The notes beneath the pieces are model-generated. The model was given only the letters and a program-made list of their open reading frames with translations, made no database searches and had not been told where the DNA came from. Below, piece after piece: positions 1-13,334 of a stretch of DNA of 64,000 nucleotides. Made by a program: the position numbers and the translations under genes. The stretch is from Lama glama (lineage: Eukaryota), in NCBI GenBank assembly GCA_028534125.1, contig CM052816.1:67520001-67584000 (forward strand). Reading direction: 5' to 3'. How positions within the stretch are numbered: position 1 is the first letter of the stretch; each line of letters starts with the position of its first letter.

Positions 1-556
1 CCCCTTCACTAGGTGACTAGTAGCATTCTAATTTGTTTTACTGTATCTGTTCTTTTTTGGGAAGGGGTGGCAGGAGGATTGAGGGAAGGAATAAAAATGA
101 AATGATATCCTTCACTCTTCAGTCTACTCTTGACATCCTTCAATCTATTCTCTGGATGACAACCAAGTGATTAAAAAAAAACTTAAATCTGATAATATCA
201 CCACTACCCTTCCCTCCCCTCCCACGCTTAAAAACCCTCAGTTGTGTCCTGTGGTTCTAAATCCAAAGATCAAAATCCTCATCATAGTATACAGGAAACT
301 GCTTATCCATTTTCATTGCATTACTTTTACCATATTCCACCCACCCTGGCCTTCTCACCATCTCTTTCAATCACATGCTCCTTCCTTACTCAGCGCTCTA
401 GAGTTCAGTATTTCCTCTGACTGGGACATTCTTCCCTCCTCTCCTTGCCTAAGTAACTTCTGCTTCTCCTTCAGATCTCAGATCACCTTCGTTCCTTAAG
501 GAAGCCATCCCTGACTGCCCAGATAGGATTCTTTACTCTTTCAGTTCCAAGTGACA

Positions 557-581
557 AGAAGGGAAAGAAAGTAAGAAAGAA

Positions 582-616
<35 letters not shown>

Positions 617-645
617 GGGAAGGAAGGAAGAAAAAAAAGAAAAAA
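557..645 (+). repeat. (GAAA)n/(GGAA)n purine-rich microsatellite
   Basis: Directly visible. Confidence 0.95.
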
Positions 646-1007
646 ATCAATCACTTCATCAAACTAGCTTAAGTAGGAAGAGGGGACTGAGCTGGCTCAC
701 ACCCCTAAAATGTTTATTGATACAAGGCTGGGTCCATGTGTTTAACTAATATCCTTGGACTCTCTTTCTTGGTTCCACCCTCCTCCGTTAGCTTCATCCT
801 TAGGTTGTATCTGCTGTCTCAGGTTGTTCTCCTCATGTCGTGGCCACCGGCAGCCTCAAGTACATAGTTTGAGCTTCTCTGGTCAATTGAAGAAGTGCAT
901 CTTATTCTTAATGGTTCCAGGAAAAGCCCTTGTAGCACTCTGGTTGGCCTGGCCTGAGTCACATGAAGCATTCTTGAACCAGTCGCTGTGGGTATGGGGG
1001 TGCAGTC

Positions 1008-1318
1008 CAGGCATACCTCAGAGATATTGGGGGTTTGGTTCCAGACCACCACAATAAAGTGAATATTGCAATAAAACAAGTGATAAATTTGTTGGTTTCT
1101 TAGTGCATGGAAAAGTTATGTTTACACCATACTGAAGTCTATTAAGTGTGCAATAGCATTAGTCTTAAAAAACAATGTGCCCTAATTAAAAATAATCCTG
1201 GAAAAGGCTGATCATCATCTGACAGTGCAGGGTTGCTACAAACCTTCAATTTACAAAAAAAAAAATATGCCATATCTGGAAATGCTATAAAGTGAAGCAC
1301 AATAGTGAGAAAGGCCTG
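1008..1318 (-). mobile_element. Tigger1 internal-deletion derivative (Tigger1a-like, TcMar-Tigger)
   Basis: Starts CAGGCATACCTCagagatatt...gttccagaccacc and ends ...aaggCCTG followed by TA. Both Tigger1 termini are joined in ~310 bp. Confidence 0.85.
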
Positions 1319-1789
1319 TACTTTCACTAATCAGGACTAGGCCATGTGACTGTCAACGAAGTCAGTGGCGGGGTGAGTCCAGCCTGAACTGCATTGTCAG
1401 AGGATGGGGAAGGCGTGGTTTGCCAGAGAGAAATTGAAGGGCAGTTTCTAGGAGAAGAGGAAGATGTTGGACAGGGGAAGATAGATGTCTACTCTGTTAG
1501 GTTAGATCCTTAGTACACACTCTTGTAGCACCATGGACTTTTCCCTCATGGTACTACTCACAACTGCAATTTTACATTTATTTGTATGATGACTGTGTAT
1601 TCTTCCATTAGGCTGTACACTTCACAAGGCAAGCATGTTTTTGTTTTGTTTTACCTTATTAATATATCCCCAGCAAGTGCCTGCCTCCTGTGGGAGCACA
1701 ATAAATACCTTTTGAATAAATGAATGAACTGTGTTTTGGATATGTGTTTGGGTGTCATGGTGTCATTGAGTGTCATTATGTCATGGTGA

Positions 1790-1975
1790 TTTTGGAGTTA
1801 GACGAATCTGAATTTCAGTGTTGGCTCCGTCACTAATTTGCTGTTACAGTAGTTAATAAATCGACTTTACTTTCCACATCTATGAAATAGCAGTAATAAC
1901 TGGTTCATTGGACTCTTTTGAGGATTCAGTAAGATAATGAAAGCAAAAGGTTGGTATATTGTAGGAACTGATTAT
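1790..1975 (+). mobile_element. MIR SINE
   Basis: ggagttagac...ctccgtcactaattt...atctatgaaatag...gaggattcagtaagataat core-like text. Confidence 0.6.
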
Positions 1976-4197
1976 GCTTTCCCTCCATCCATTGCCGGGA
2001 GAACTGGCTATCCGGATTCCCCTGGCAGAATTGCCCTATAGTTTACGACACAACCCAGACACTCCTTTAACTGTAGCCATGGCATAGATCACAGTATTTT
2101 CATTCCATAGGGCTCCACCCTTTATCCTATTCCTGGAGAAAACTCAAGCTGCTTGATAAAGTTCATGGACCACCCTGCAAGACTGCCAGAGAGAGAGGGA
2201 CAAGGCTAGTCCAATGAGCATCATGCAGCAGGTGGGGCCTGGTGTGGCTCTTGTCTCTTCCAGTCATTCACTGTTTTGTCCATTCCCAGCAATCACACTG
2301 AGTAACACAATGGCCTTTTACCCCCAACCACCACTTCTAGTTGCATCCCTGCCCTTGTTTATAGCCTCGTCTAACAGAGGGAGTCCATCACACACCCAAA
2401 CTATCCAGTCTGTTATAATAAGCAGGGAAATGAGTGTATGTTTCAGACAAGCCTGAGTGTTAAGCACCACAGACACCTGGTCCAGTCGTCAGTGAACTGG
2501 AAGAGCCATGTAGCTGAGCGGTGCTAAAGGAAAGTGCACTGTGCCGAGGAGGCTCCTGCCTTCATGCCAGCATTCTGCCCTGGAGTGATGGAGTTACCCT
2601 TACTCTTCCCTCACTCTAAGTGTATGGAGGGTAGTAGCTAGTAAAGCATAAGACCTGGATAAGAAGGGAACAAATTCCCTGAAAAGTTCTGGTGTGGGTG
2701 TTGGGAGCAGGCAGGACAAGACACAGGAAGGCTGGTATTGCAGAAGGACAAAGCTATGAGGGGTTAAGGGCGCCTACAGGAAAGGAATGAAATGACCCAA
2801 ACAATGGATATGACCAAGCTTTGGCCTTGAAGGAGTTACCAAAGGAGACAGACATGAAAACTAACAATAAGACAAAATTAAAAACAACAATTGTCATAAG
2901 AATCTGTATCAAGTTCTGTGTGAGAAAGCCAATCTGCCTGGAGGAATTAGAAAAGAATTTACTAAAGATTTCAGAGAGCAGAAGACATTTGTGATAAATT
3001 TCAAGCAAGGTGAGGTTTCCTGCATGCCCGGTCGGTAAGGGGGATCCGAGTAGAAGCAATATATGAGCAAAGATATGGAGGCATAAAAAGGCAGTATGGG
3101 TTAAGTGCTGGGCAGGTGATTTAGACATAGCTGAACATTCCTCTATGCTTGCAGGAATAGTAGGCATTGAGGTTGGTCATGGGACAGAATTCAGGGTCAG
3201 GTTGTTCAGAGTCTGGATGCGGCAGCAGTATATTTAGGCTGAGATCTTGGACTTTATAGAAACTTAAATGTAGTATCAGGACAACATATTGTCATTCCAG
3301 TCCCACACCTTGGGAAGTGAATCTCCATGCAGGAAGTTGTTAGAGGCCTCAAAATCACAAAACAGATGCTTTTCTCATGAGTCAACCCTGTTGCCTAACT
3401 GTTATCTGGTCTCTAGTCACCGCTTCAATGACTTGGGGGTGACCTTGTTAGCAAGGTCAGGTCTGTTCTGATTTCTTTAAGAAATAAATTCAGTTGACCC
3501 TGTTATTATAGATTTACCCAAGACTTCACTTCTTTATGTCAGAGATGCAAAAAATTCAGAAAATAGGGGGCTGGGTTGCAATAGACAACATCTAGTACTT
3601 CTGTCTTTATTAGATTTGCTCTGAGCTTTACTTTGATAAGCACCTGCTTGACAAATCCTTTTGTTCCTCCACAGAACTTTGGCTCATGGGACCCCCAACA
3701 TCCTCATTTAGGCCAGAAAGGGCCTTCTGGAATGTCTTTGACTTTATAGCTTATGTTGACCTGGCACTAGACCTCAGATCTCATTGCATTTGCCATGAAT
3801 GGGATCTTTGAACACACTGCCCAACACAAAACATTTGGGCACTGAGTAGTTTGTGATTAGTTAATGTTTCACCAATGTTGCCAAGTACTTAAACATACTT
3901 AAGATATCTTTTTTTTTATTCTATTCCATTCTGTGCAATAATCCATGCAAAAGATGATGAAGTTAAACCAATAAAAGAGCCATAGAGAGGACTCAACTGA
4001 TTTGGTGTGGGAGATAAATGAGAGAGATTTGTGATAACTCCAAGGTTTCTAACATGGTAGTCAGTGTGGACAATGGTGCTGCCCACTGCCAGAAGGAATA
4101 GTGGGAGGAATCACATTGAAAAGGAAGATGCTCAATGAATTTTGGATATGTTGAGTATAAGGTGCCTCACAGGTGACCAGGTAGAGTTATCTATTAT

Positions 4198-4310
4198 TAA
4201 GGTCACCAACTTGTCCCAGTTTGCTTGGGTCTTGCCTAATTTTAGCACTAAAAGTCCACATCCTGGAGATACCCTCATTCCTGGGCAAAATGGGACAGAT
4301 TGTCACCCTG
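4198..4310. mobile_element. MER81-like hAT-Blackjack MITE inside an L2 fragment (~3990-4410)
   Basis: ~113 bp, taaggtcaccaacttgtccc...gggacagattgtcaccctg, with imperfect terminal inverted repeats. Confidence 0.75.
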
Positions 4311-4412
4311 TAATCAGTAAGCCATCTGTGACATGAATCTGGAGCTCGCAGAGTGGATGAAGTTAGTGATAAAGAGAGGCACATCCATGAGAAGGTGATA
4401 ATCTGAAACCTT

Positions 4413-4578
4413 GGCAGGGGGAGGGTATAGCTCAATGGTAGAGTGCATGCTTAGCGTTCACGAGGTCCTGGGTTCAATCCCCAGTACCTCCATTAAACAA
4501 ACAAATAAATAAGTAAGTAACCCGATTATCTCCCCCCCTCCAAAGAAAGACAAACAAAAATGTAATTTAAAAAAAAAA
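4413..4578 (+). mobile_element. Vic-1-like tRNA-Ala-derived SINE
   Basis: GGGGAGGGTATAGCTCAATGGTAGAG...GGTTCAATCCCCAGTACCTCCA with A/B boxes and A-rich tail. Diverged TSD: aaggtgataatctgaaacct / aaagtgataatgaaacct. Confidence 0.9.
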
Positions 4579-5278
4579 GTGATAATGAAACCTCGGGGGG
4601 ATTGAGGCAATTCTGGGAGAAAAGCCAGATGAGAAGGTCTCAAAGCCCATCCTGGAAGCTGAGACCCAGAGCATCTCTCTTCCTGGGTAGGCAATTTCCT
4701 TAGCACAGCAATCACAAAACAAGCATTGATTTACCCTGAACAGGTCTTCCCCACTATCCAAAAGTAGAGCATTGCTATGAAGCCTTTCCTAAATTGAAAT
4801 GGTGAAGAAACAGTTACCTTAGTTCATCTCTCTTGCTAACGGGTGCACAAAATAAATTGAGGGAAAGCAAGGATGCTCACAGACACAGGTCAAAGCTATG
4901 GCAGATTGATGCTGAGATGCTGAGTGTAAACTCCCAGGAAGGAGCTTGGTGGTGCTACTGTCGCTGCTTGAGGTGCATGCTGCCTCCATAACTGCTTGCT
5001 TCAAGGCAAACGCTGAATGCTATTTTCACTTTTTGCCTTTTTTTTTTTGGTAAAAGCAGAAATTATCCGGATTTCTCTCAGTTAGCAAAAACCGGTACAA
5101 AGTGGCATAAAGCAAACTTTACAAACCCAAGGGATAGCTATATTTCAAATTGCTTTTCATACCTCTGCGAGCTATTCATAAACTTGCTGTCGTAGGAACA
5201 GAAATGAAGTCAAATTCATTATCCATCAATGTGGTTATCATTACCCCTTCAATCTGTGACTTCTTTACCAGACTCATT

Positions 5279-5661
5279 TTTTTCTTAATTGAAGTAGAGT
5301 CAGTTATAATGTGTCAATTTCTGGTGTACAGTACAGTGTCCCAGTCTTGCATATATATACATATATTCGTTTTCATATTCTTTTTCATTACAGGTAATTA
5401 CAAGATACTGAATATAGTTCCCTATGCTACACAGAAGAAACTTGTTTTTTTCCATCTATTTATATATATATATATAGTGGCTAACATTTGCAAATCTCAA
5501 ACTTCCAAATTTATCCCTTCTCACCCCCTTTCCCTGGTAACCATAAGATTACTATGTCTGTGAGTCTGTTTCTGTTTTGTAGATGAGTTCATAGTGTCCT
5601 TTTTTTTCTAAGATTCCACATATAAGTGATACTGTATGGTATTTTTCTTTTGCTTTCTGGC
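5279..5661 (-). mobile_element. 5'-truncated L1 3'UTR insertion
   Basis: L1 3' end in reverse. Perfect TSD ACCAGACTCATT at 5267-5278 and 5662-5673. Confidence 0.9.
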
Positions 5662-6345
5662 ACCAGACTCATTATTAATTTGGGAGATTTAACTTCTTTT
5701 TTAGTGTTACTGATTTTTCATTCAGTTCTTTACAGTCATTTTCCACAGCATCTTGTGATCATTACCTTTCAAGTCTGAGTTTCTCAGTATAGCCTTTTCT
5801 ACAATACGGCCCATATTCTGCATCATGAATTTCAGCAGAGTGGAACTTTGGTTAAATAAGATGAGAATAAATTTAAAAGTTTGCTAAGCTTTGCACTGTA
5901 TAAAAACATAGGAAGTATGCTTTTTCTGTGTTATGTTCAAAAAAGAATAAGTATAGTTGGGCCTCTGTGTACCTATAGTTTTGCTGTATTAATATATTAA
6001 ACACAGCTTTGTCATCTAATTGTTAGTTGGCCCTCATTTTGATAAAAATCTTTTAATTCAATAAGTCAGGCATAAGCAATTGGTTGGTTCAAGGTCTTAA
6101 TTACAGATCTGACAGGGCTTCAAAAATCTTCTGTATTGCATTCCCATACAAGACTGTTCCTGCCTTTCCTTCTATACTTAGTCCTCCTGAAGACAGCAGA
6201 TGCTAAACTTGACACATTCATAGAGTATGGCAAAGCCTTATGTTTCCATGGCAGTTTCTCATGCTTCCCGTATTTGATTCCTACAGTTTTCAAGTGACTG
6301 GGTCAAGTGTTGCTATCACTTTTATTTCAGAAATGAGGCACTTGA

Positions 6346-8994
6346 TCACCCTGATACCAAAACCAGGCAAAGACACCACCAAAAAAGAGAATTACAGACC
6401 AATATCACTGATGAACATAGATGCAAAAATCCTTACCAAAATATTAGCAAATAGAATCCAACAGCACATAAGAAAGATTATACATCATGATCAAGTGGGG
6501 TTCATCCCAGGGACATAAGGGTGGTTCAACAAACGCAAATCAATCAGTGTAATACATCACATCAACAAGAGAAAGGACAAAAACCACATGATCATCTCAA
6601 TTGATGCAGAAAAAGCATCTGATAAAATTCAACACCCATTTATGATAAAAACTCTCACCAAAGTGGGTATAGAGAGAGCATATCTCAATGTAATAAAAGC
6701 TATATATGACAAACCTACAGCCAGCATAGTACTCAACGGTGAAAAACTCAAAAGCTTCCCACTAAAATCTGGGACAAGACAAGGCTGCCCCCTATCACCA
6801 CTCCTATTCAACATAGTCTTGGAAGTCCTAGCCACAGCAATCAGGCAAGAGAGAAAAATAAAAGGGATCCAAATTGGAATAGAAAAGGTAAAAATGTCAT
6901 TATATGCAGATGACATGATACTATATATAGAAAACCCTAAAAGGTCCACACGAAAACTACTAGAAATAATCAAAGAATTCAGTAAGGTAGCAGGTTACAA
7001 GATTAACATTCAAAAATCACTTGCATTTCTTTACACTAACGATGAATCAACAGAGAAAGAAAGAAAGTAAAGAAACAATCCCCTTTAAAATAGCACCCAA
7101 GGTAATAAAATACCTAGGAATAAATCTAACCAAGGAGGTGAAAGACTTATACATGAAAAACTATAAAACACTGATGAAGGAAATTAAAGAAGACTTAAAA
7201 AAATGGAAAGATATCCCATGCTCCCGGACTGGAAGAATCAATATTGTTAAAATGGTCACACTGCCCAAGGCAATCTACAGATTTAATGCAATCCCTATCA
7301 AATTACCCAGGACATATTTCACAGAACTAGAACAGATCATAATAAAATTTGTATGGAGCTATAAAAGACCTAGAATTGCCAAAGCATTACTGAAGAAAAA
7401 GAGGCTGGAGGAATAACTCTCCCAGACTTCAGATAATATTACAGAGCTACAGTAATCAAGACAGCATGGTATTGGTACCAAAACAGACATATGGACCAAT
7501 GGAACAGAATAGAGAGCCCAGAAATGAACCCACAAAATTTTGGTCAACTAATCTTTGACAAAGGAGGCAAGAATATACAATAGAATAAAGACAGTCTCTT
7601 CAGCAAATGGTGTTGGGAAAACTGGACAGCAGTATGTAAATCAATGAAGCTAGAACACTCCCTTACACCATACACAAAAATAAACTCAAAATGGATCAAA
7701 GGCTTGAACATAAGACAAGATACAATAAAGCTCCTAGAAGGAAACATAGGCAAAACATTATCTCACATACATCTCAAAAATGTTCTCCTAGGGCAGTCTA
7801 CCCAAGCAATAGAAATAAAAGCAAGAATAAACAAATTGGATCTAGTTAAACATACAAGCTTCTGCACAGCAAAGGAAACCATAAGTAAAACAAAACGACA
7901 ACCTACAGAATGGGAGAAAATTTTTGCTAATGAAACAGACAAAGGCTTGATCTCCAGAATATATAAGCAGCCCATACGACTTAATAAGAAAAAAAAAAAA
8001 AGCCCAATCCAAAAATGGGCAGAAGACCTAAACAAGCAATTCTCCAAGGAAGACATACAAATGATCAATAGGCACATGAAAAAATGCTCAATATCACTAA
8101 TTATCAGAGAAATGCAAATGAAAACTACAATGAGGTATCACCTCACACCAGTCAGAATGGCCATCATTCAAAAGTCCACAAATGACAAATGCTGGAGAGG
8201 CTGTGGAGAAAGGGGAACCCTCCTACACTGCTGGTGGGAATGCAGTTTGGTGCAGCCACTGTGGAAAACAGTATGGAGATTCCTCAAAAGACTAGGAATA
8301 GACTTACCATATGACCCAGTCATCTGCTCCTGGGCATATATCCAGAAGGAACCCTACTTCAAAAAGACACCTGCACCCCAATGTTCATAGCAGCNNNNNN
8401 NNNNNNNNNNNNNNNNNNNNNNNNNNNNNNNNNNNNNNNNNNNNNNNNNNNNNNNNNNNNNNNNNNNNNNNNNNNNNNNNNNNNNNNNNNNNNNATGACT
8501 GGATAAAGAAGAGGTGGTGTATTTATAGAATAGAATACTATTCAGCCATAAAAAGACAACATAATGCCATTTGCAACAACATGGATGTTCCTGGAGAATG
8601 TCATTCTAAGTGAAGTGAGCCAGAAAGAGAAAGAAAAATACCATATGAGATTGCTCATATGTGGAATCTAAAAAAAAAAAAAAAGAACATAAATACAAAA
8701 CAGAAACAGACTTATAGACATAGAATATAAACTTGTAGTTGCCAAGGTGGGGGATGGGAAGGGATAAACTGGGAGTTCAAAATTTGTAGACACTGACAGG
8801 CATATGTAGAATAGATATACAAGATTATACTGTATAGCACAGGGAAATATATACAAGATCTTGTGGTAGCTCACAGTGACAAAAAAAAGTGACAATGAAT
8901 ATGTATGTTCATGTATAACTGAAAAATTGTGCTCTATACTGGAATTTGACACAACATTATAAAATGACTGTAACTCAATAAAAATAATTTAAAA
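6346..8994 (+). mobile_element. Young 5'-truncated L1: disrupted ORF2 (RT and C-terminal Cys-rich domain), 3'UTR and poly(A)
   Basis: ORF fragments give [36 protein letters not shown] (6903-6914) and [13 protein letters not shown]. Stops at 6516-6518 and 7581-7583 plus frameshifts. Perfect 15-bp TSD AAATGAGGCACTTGA at 6331-6345 and 8995-9009. Confidence 0.97.
8395..8494. other. Assembly gap (100 N)
   Basis: Run of exactly 100 n. Confidence 1.
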
Positions 8995-9344
8995 AAATGA
9001 GGCACTTGAGACACAATGTCACAAGACATCACAAGATGAGTCAGTGGAGATGCCAGCAGAAGGAGACAGAATTTCTGACTCCTCAGATGATTGTCTCTTT
9101 ACCACATCAGTAGCCAGCTCCCACTATGCATTCATACAAAGTCATCCAAAGTTATAAAGTTCACCTGAATTGTATGAATAGATGAACTTCCAGCCACATT
9201 GCTCTCGGTCTTTGCCACCATTTAGGAATTTCAGCCCATAAAATTCCAAAAACCAAAGAGGGGGAAAACCCTAAAACCCACAGGATAGAAATGTACTTAT
9301 TAGATGCAAAAGATTGCGAGAAGGATCTGAGAGAATAATTTTCC

Positions 9345-9606
9345 TTTCTTCCCACTGAATCTGAGTGACTGGATGATGCGATGTGACTTCTGAGGCTAGG
9401 CCATAAAAGGTGACACAACTCTACCTGGTTCTCTCAGGACGCTTGTTCTTGGAACCTAGTTGTCATGCTGCAAGGATGCTCTGGCAGCCACATGGAGAGT
9501 TCATGTGAAGGTATTCCAGCTGATGACTTCAGCTAAATTCCCAGCCAATAGTCAGCACCAACCACCAGACATATCATGAGTACGCTTTTAGATGATTTCA
9601 GTCCCA
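9345..9606 (+). mobile_element. MLT1 (F/G/H-like) MaLR LTR fragment
   Basis: gtgacttctgaggctaggccataaaagg...ccagccaatagtcagcaccaaccaccagacat resembles MLT1. Confidence 0.65.
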
Positions 9607-10552
9607 CCTAGAGAGACAGTCCTTATACCCTCTCAGTCTCAGGCAAACCAAGGCAGTTGGTCACCCTACTCTACTTGACCCTCCTTCCTTGGAACAACTT
9701 TGGAGGATTTGAGATCCTCCATTTTGACATGGCCCAAAGCTCCTGGCAAAATATCTCCATCAATGTGAAACAATTCAGGCAGAACCCATAACCCAAACCC
9801 AGAGGTGAGGTTTCAGGGGACTGAGATCTCTGCCCCAGACTAACAAACAGGTGCTTAACTTACATAGTAGATGTACTCTATAGTCCAGTTGAAAGGTCTG
9901 AAATGCTAATAGTTAAACTGCTATCAATCTTTCCATGTACCTGGATGAGCAGTTAGAACATACGACCTCTAAGCGTACATCCAACCCTAGAGTGACAGGA
10001 CTTAAACACGTTAATGTAAAGGAGTTGATTATTTATCTACTGGAGGTGGTTTCTTACATAATACCTGAGAGGGAGACTGTGAGAACATGGTTTCCCTGAA
10101 GAGAAGTGATTTTCTTAGTCCGCTGGTTGTTCTTGCTCTCCTGTGCTACCTTCAACCTGTACCTGCAGCTTCCTTTTCAGTAGCGTTTGTGAGACTGAGC
10201 TGCTTCTCACCACACAGAGAGGGTGGCCTCCAGCCACATTTCCACATGTCCAAGTGATTTGCAGTCAGAGGCTCTACCCATTATCAGTTATTTTAAATTA
10301 CTGTAAAATAGTAGTATTTATTTTTTATTGAAATTTTACACAGAACTTCAATATACAAAGGATAAAAGTTGAACTTCTCTGCTTCAAGCTGAGATGAGAG
10401 TTTTATAGCTACACTCACACAGTGGTTTTTTGTTTGTTTGTTTTTGCCACCAAGCAGAAGCTCTGTAGAACACAGTGTGAAAATCACTGCACCAAACCAA
10501 CTTGCTTACTTCAAATCATTTCCTTGCTTTCTAAATCTCTTCAATAAAAATG

Positions 10553-10748
10553 AAATAATAAATAGCTAACATCTATTGAACATTTACCTGGTGCCAAGTA
10601 TGTTTGTTGTTAAGGGTTTACATGGATTAGCTTGTTTAATTGTAACAACTATCTAATACAGATGATTTCTCATTTTATAGATGACAATACTGAGGCTTGG
10701 AAAGTTAAGTAACTTAGCCTAACATCACATAACTAGCAGGTGGTAGAT
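10553..10748 (-). mobile_element. MIR SINE
   Basis: cattttatagatgacaatactgaggcttggaaagttaagtaacttagcctaacatcaca is the reverse MIR core. Confidence 0.8.
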
Positions 10749-11977
10749 TTTATTCCTTTATCAACTACTCTTAATAGGTAAACTCATCTTCCAGCACAGA
10801 CACCTCTCCTCCTTACGCAGTGCAGCTAGCCATGTTTGAAAATGCCTCATGCTTTAAGTTCTAGGAACATCTGTTACATGTTTGCTTTTGCCTGCATAGC
10901 GGCAGTTGGCTAAATTGGTGATAAAAGACACATAATGGGAACTGACAACAAGAAGTGCTGTTTGCTATTTGAAAATTTGTATCCAGGGTAACACATTCCT
11001 TCTGAAAATGTATTATCAGGGCTAAATGTATTAATTATTCAGATGTCATCTCAGATGTGGTATTTGTCAAAAGCAGAGAGAGCTGTTTTCTCAAAACACA
11101 TCACACTCAATGATCCTAATATCAGAAGCTGTTTATGTTCATTCTGAATTACTTTGGTGCTTCAGTTTGGGCCTTTTTTTTTTTTTTACTAAAAATGCAT
11201 TGCCTTAGGTGAGTTATTTATTGTGTTAAAATATCTGGAGACAGAGATACTGATTTATTTTATGTTCCAATATGTTGCAGTATAGATGACATTGTACATG
11301 GTTTTTCTTTTCTTTCTTTCTTTGCTTTTATTCTAGAAGAATTTCTGAAGGATTACTTTCTCTCTCTCTGCCCACCCCCACCTCTCTCACAAACACTAAT
11401 TATTGTATTTCCTTCTCAGAAATTTATTCTTTGGTTTAGCACATCCTAACATGGAGCTGTATAAAACTATATATTTAGATGTTACACTGTGATGGCATTT
11501 TAAAATTTATTTACATTTGTGACCAATGTTCTTCTCAAGACAAGGCAAACAGCTCTTTTTTTCTGAGATAGAAGTGTGCTGATGGAAGACTCCCAAAGAA
11601 GATTCCGTACGACCTCATCCCAGATATAACCTCTCTTAACATGTCTGTCATTTCCTCTCTGTTTCCTCCTGTCTTGGGGAGCAGATTTGGGGCATTTCTA
11701 GTCCTTCTTTCCCCTCTCTGCTCTTCCCTCTTTCCTTTACTCTGACAAAGATTCTCTTAATTCCTCTCACTCTTTCCATCCTTAGTGCCAGTCAAGGCCA
11801 AGAGGTATAAAGTCCAAAGAAAGTGTATCCATTTATTTCTTGGTAGGAATGAGCAGGTGAGGAGTATATACAGAAACATTGCTTTGGGTGCAAATATTTC
11901 TAATTCAGGCCTATATCTGTCCTTAAAATTAGATTCTTCACAGACAATGGGCCATTCAGACCTTCATCCTAGCTTTA

Positions 11978-12114
11978 TTTTTTTTTAACATTTTTATTGA
12001 TTTATAATCATTTTACAATGTTGTGTCAAATTCCAGTGTTCAGCACAATTTTTCAGTCATACATGGACATATACACACTCATTGTCACTTTTTTCTCTGT
12101 GAGCTACCATAACA
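11978..12114 (-). mobile_element. Very short young L1 3'-end insertion
   Basis: Reverse complement of the L1 3' end at ~8860-8990. Perfect 14-bp TSD TCATCCTAGCTTTA at 11964-11977 and 12115-12128. Confidence 0.92.
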
Positions 12115-12288
12115 TCATCCTAGCTTTAGAAGTGACTGTCTTTACTACTTAGATTCATAAATGTTTGTGAACCTAATTCTTTAAATGTCCTTTAAAGGAA
12201 AATAAAAATTACTTTCACTAACAACTCATGTCAGAGTTTAATGGTTCTTCCACTTTCATCAGAGATAATTATTTTAACACTTGGTTCT

Positions 12289-12398
12289 GGGAGGGTGGGT
12301 ATAGCTCAGTGGTAGAGTGAGTGCTCAGCATGCACAAGGTCCTGGGTTCAATCCCCAGTACCTTCATTAAAAATAAAATACATAAACCTAATTACCCC
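12289..12398 (+). mobile_element. Vic-1-like SINE lacking its terminal tail
   Basis: GGGTATAGCTCAGTGGTAGAG...GGTTCAATCCCCAGTACC...aaacctaattacccc. Confidence 0.9.
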
Positions 12399-12572
12399 TG
12401 AGAGAGGGGAGAAAAAATTTCTCCTCTAGTCTCTTAGAATCTCCAGCTTGGCCTAAGAATTAAACTGATATAAGACAGTTTACTAAGAGAAAAGCATATA
12501 CGTTTTAGTAGAATTTTACACGTACATGAGAATCTTCCCAAGAAAATGAAGGTCCAAAGAAGTGACCAGAGT
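12399..12572 (-). mobile_element. ERV1-type LTR fragment (MER41-like)
   Basis: tgagagaggggagaaaaaatttctcctcta...taagacagtttactaagagaaaagcata resembles the reverse 3' end of ERV1 LTRs. Confidence 0.5.
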
Positions 12573-12639
12573 TTCTTTTCATCATCTTCCCAGGAAGCTT
12601 CAGGGTACCAGAATTCTCGTGCAGTGGTTCAGGACTCTA

Positions 12640-13330
12640 AAGCATGCAGCCTTTAGGAAGTTATATCACCTACTCTAACTTAAATTCAGAAGTTATGCAG
12701 TGTCACGGCCAACATATTCTATTACACACTTTCTCTTTGGTAAAAGTCGTAAGGCCAGGCGATACTTAAGCCAAGGGGAATTAGACTCCAACTTTGATAG
12801 AAGGCATGTCAAAGAACTGACAGACATGTTTTAAAACTACCAGAGAGGTCTGAGCTAGAAATATAAATTTGGGATGTCAGCATATAAATCATTAAAGAAA
12901 TGTGAATAATTGAAGATAAGGTATTATGAGATGGGAAGAAAAGAGAGAGAGACAGAGACAAAAAACAGCAAAATGAGAAGAAAAGGAAACTTGGACTGAG
13001 TGTTAATAATTTATTTCCAATATGTAAAGATGATTTGGCAAAGAAGAATAAACCCTGATTGAGAGAGTAGAAGACAGTCAGGAGAGTGGCAGTATCAGGG
13101 GAAGAGAATGACTTCAGAGTATCCACAACAGATGCTCCTGAGAGGTCCAGTACGATGAAGATTGACAGACAATACACATCTGATTTGTAGTATGGCACTC
13201 AGCGGGAACTGTTTTGTTCAGGTGATGGGGAGTGGACTGAAGCAGGAATGGAAAATAAGGAAATAGAGATGAGTGTTTGGCTCCAAAGGGAAGGAAGAAA
13301 ATAAAGCAGTAGGTAGAGTTAGAAATGAGA
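12640..13330 (-). mobile_element. MLT1 5' fragment (~12640-12842) followed by L2 fragment
   Basis: Recognition of degenerate consensus text. Confidence 0.5.
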
Positions 13331-13334
13331 TCTA

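Larger units (their letters stand above)
330..1730 (+). mobile_element. Old L2 3' fragment interrupted by an MLT1-like MaLR LTR (~530-1490), itself interrupted by a Tigger1 derivative
   Basis: L2-like text at 330-520 resumes at ~1500 and ends in the L2 tail aataaatacctttTGAATAAATGAATGAA at ~1700-1728. The intervening sequence resembles MLT1J/K/L. Confidence 0.55.

Noticed and set aside
6240..8613. Long ORFs with reverse-transcriptase motifs as a functional gene or novel RT system
   Set aside because: Ordinary L1 ORF2. It is 5'-truncated (no promoter, ORF1 or endonuclease) and broken by stops and frameshifts.
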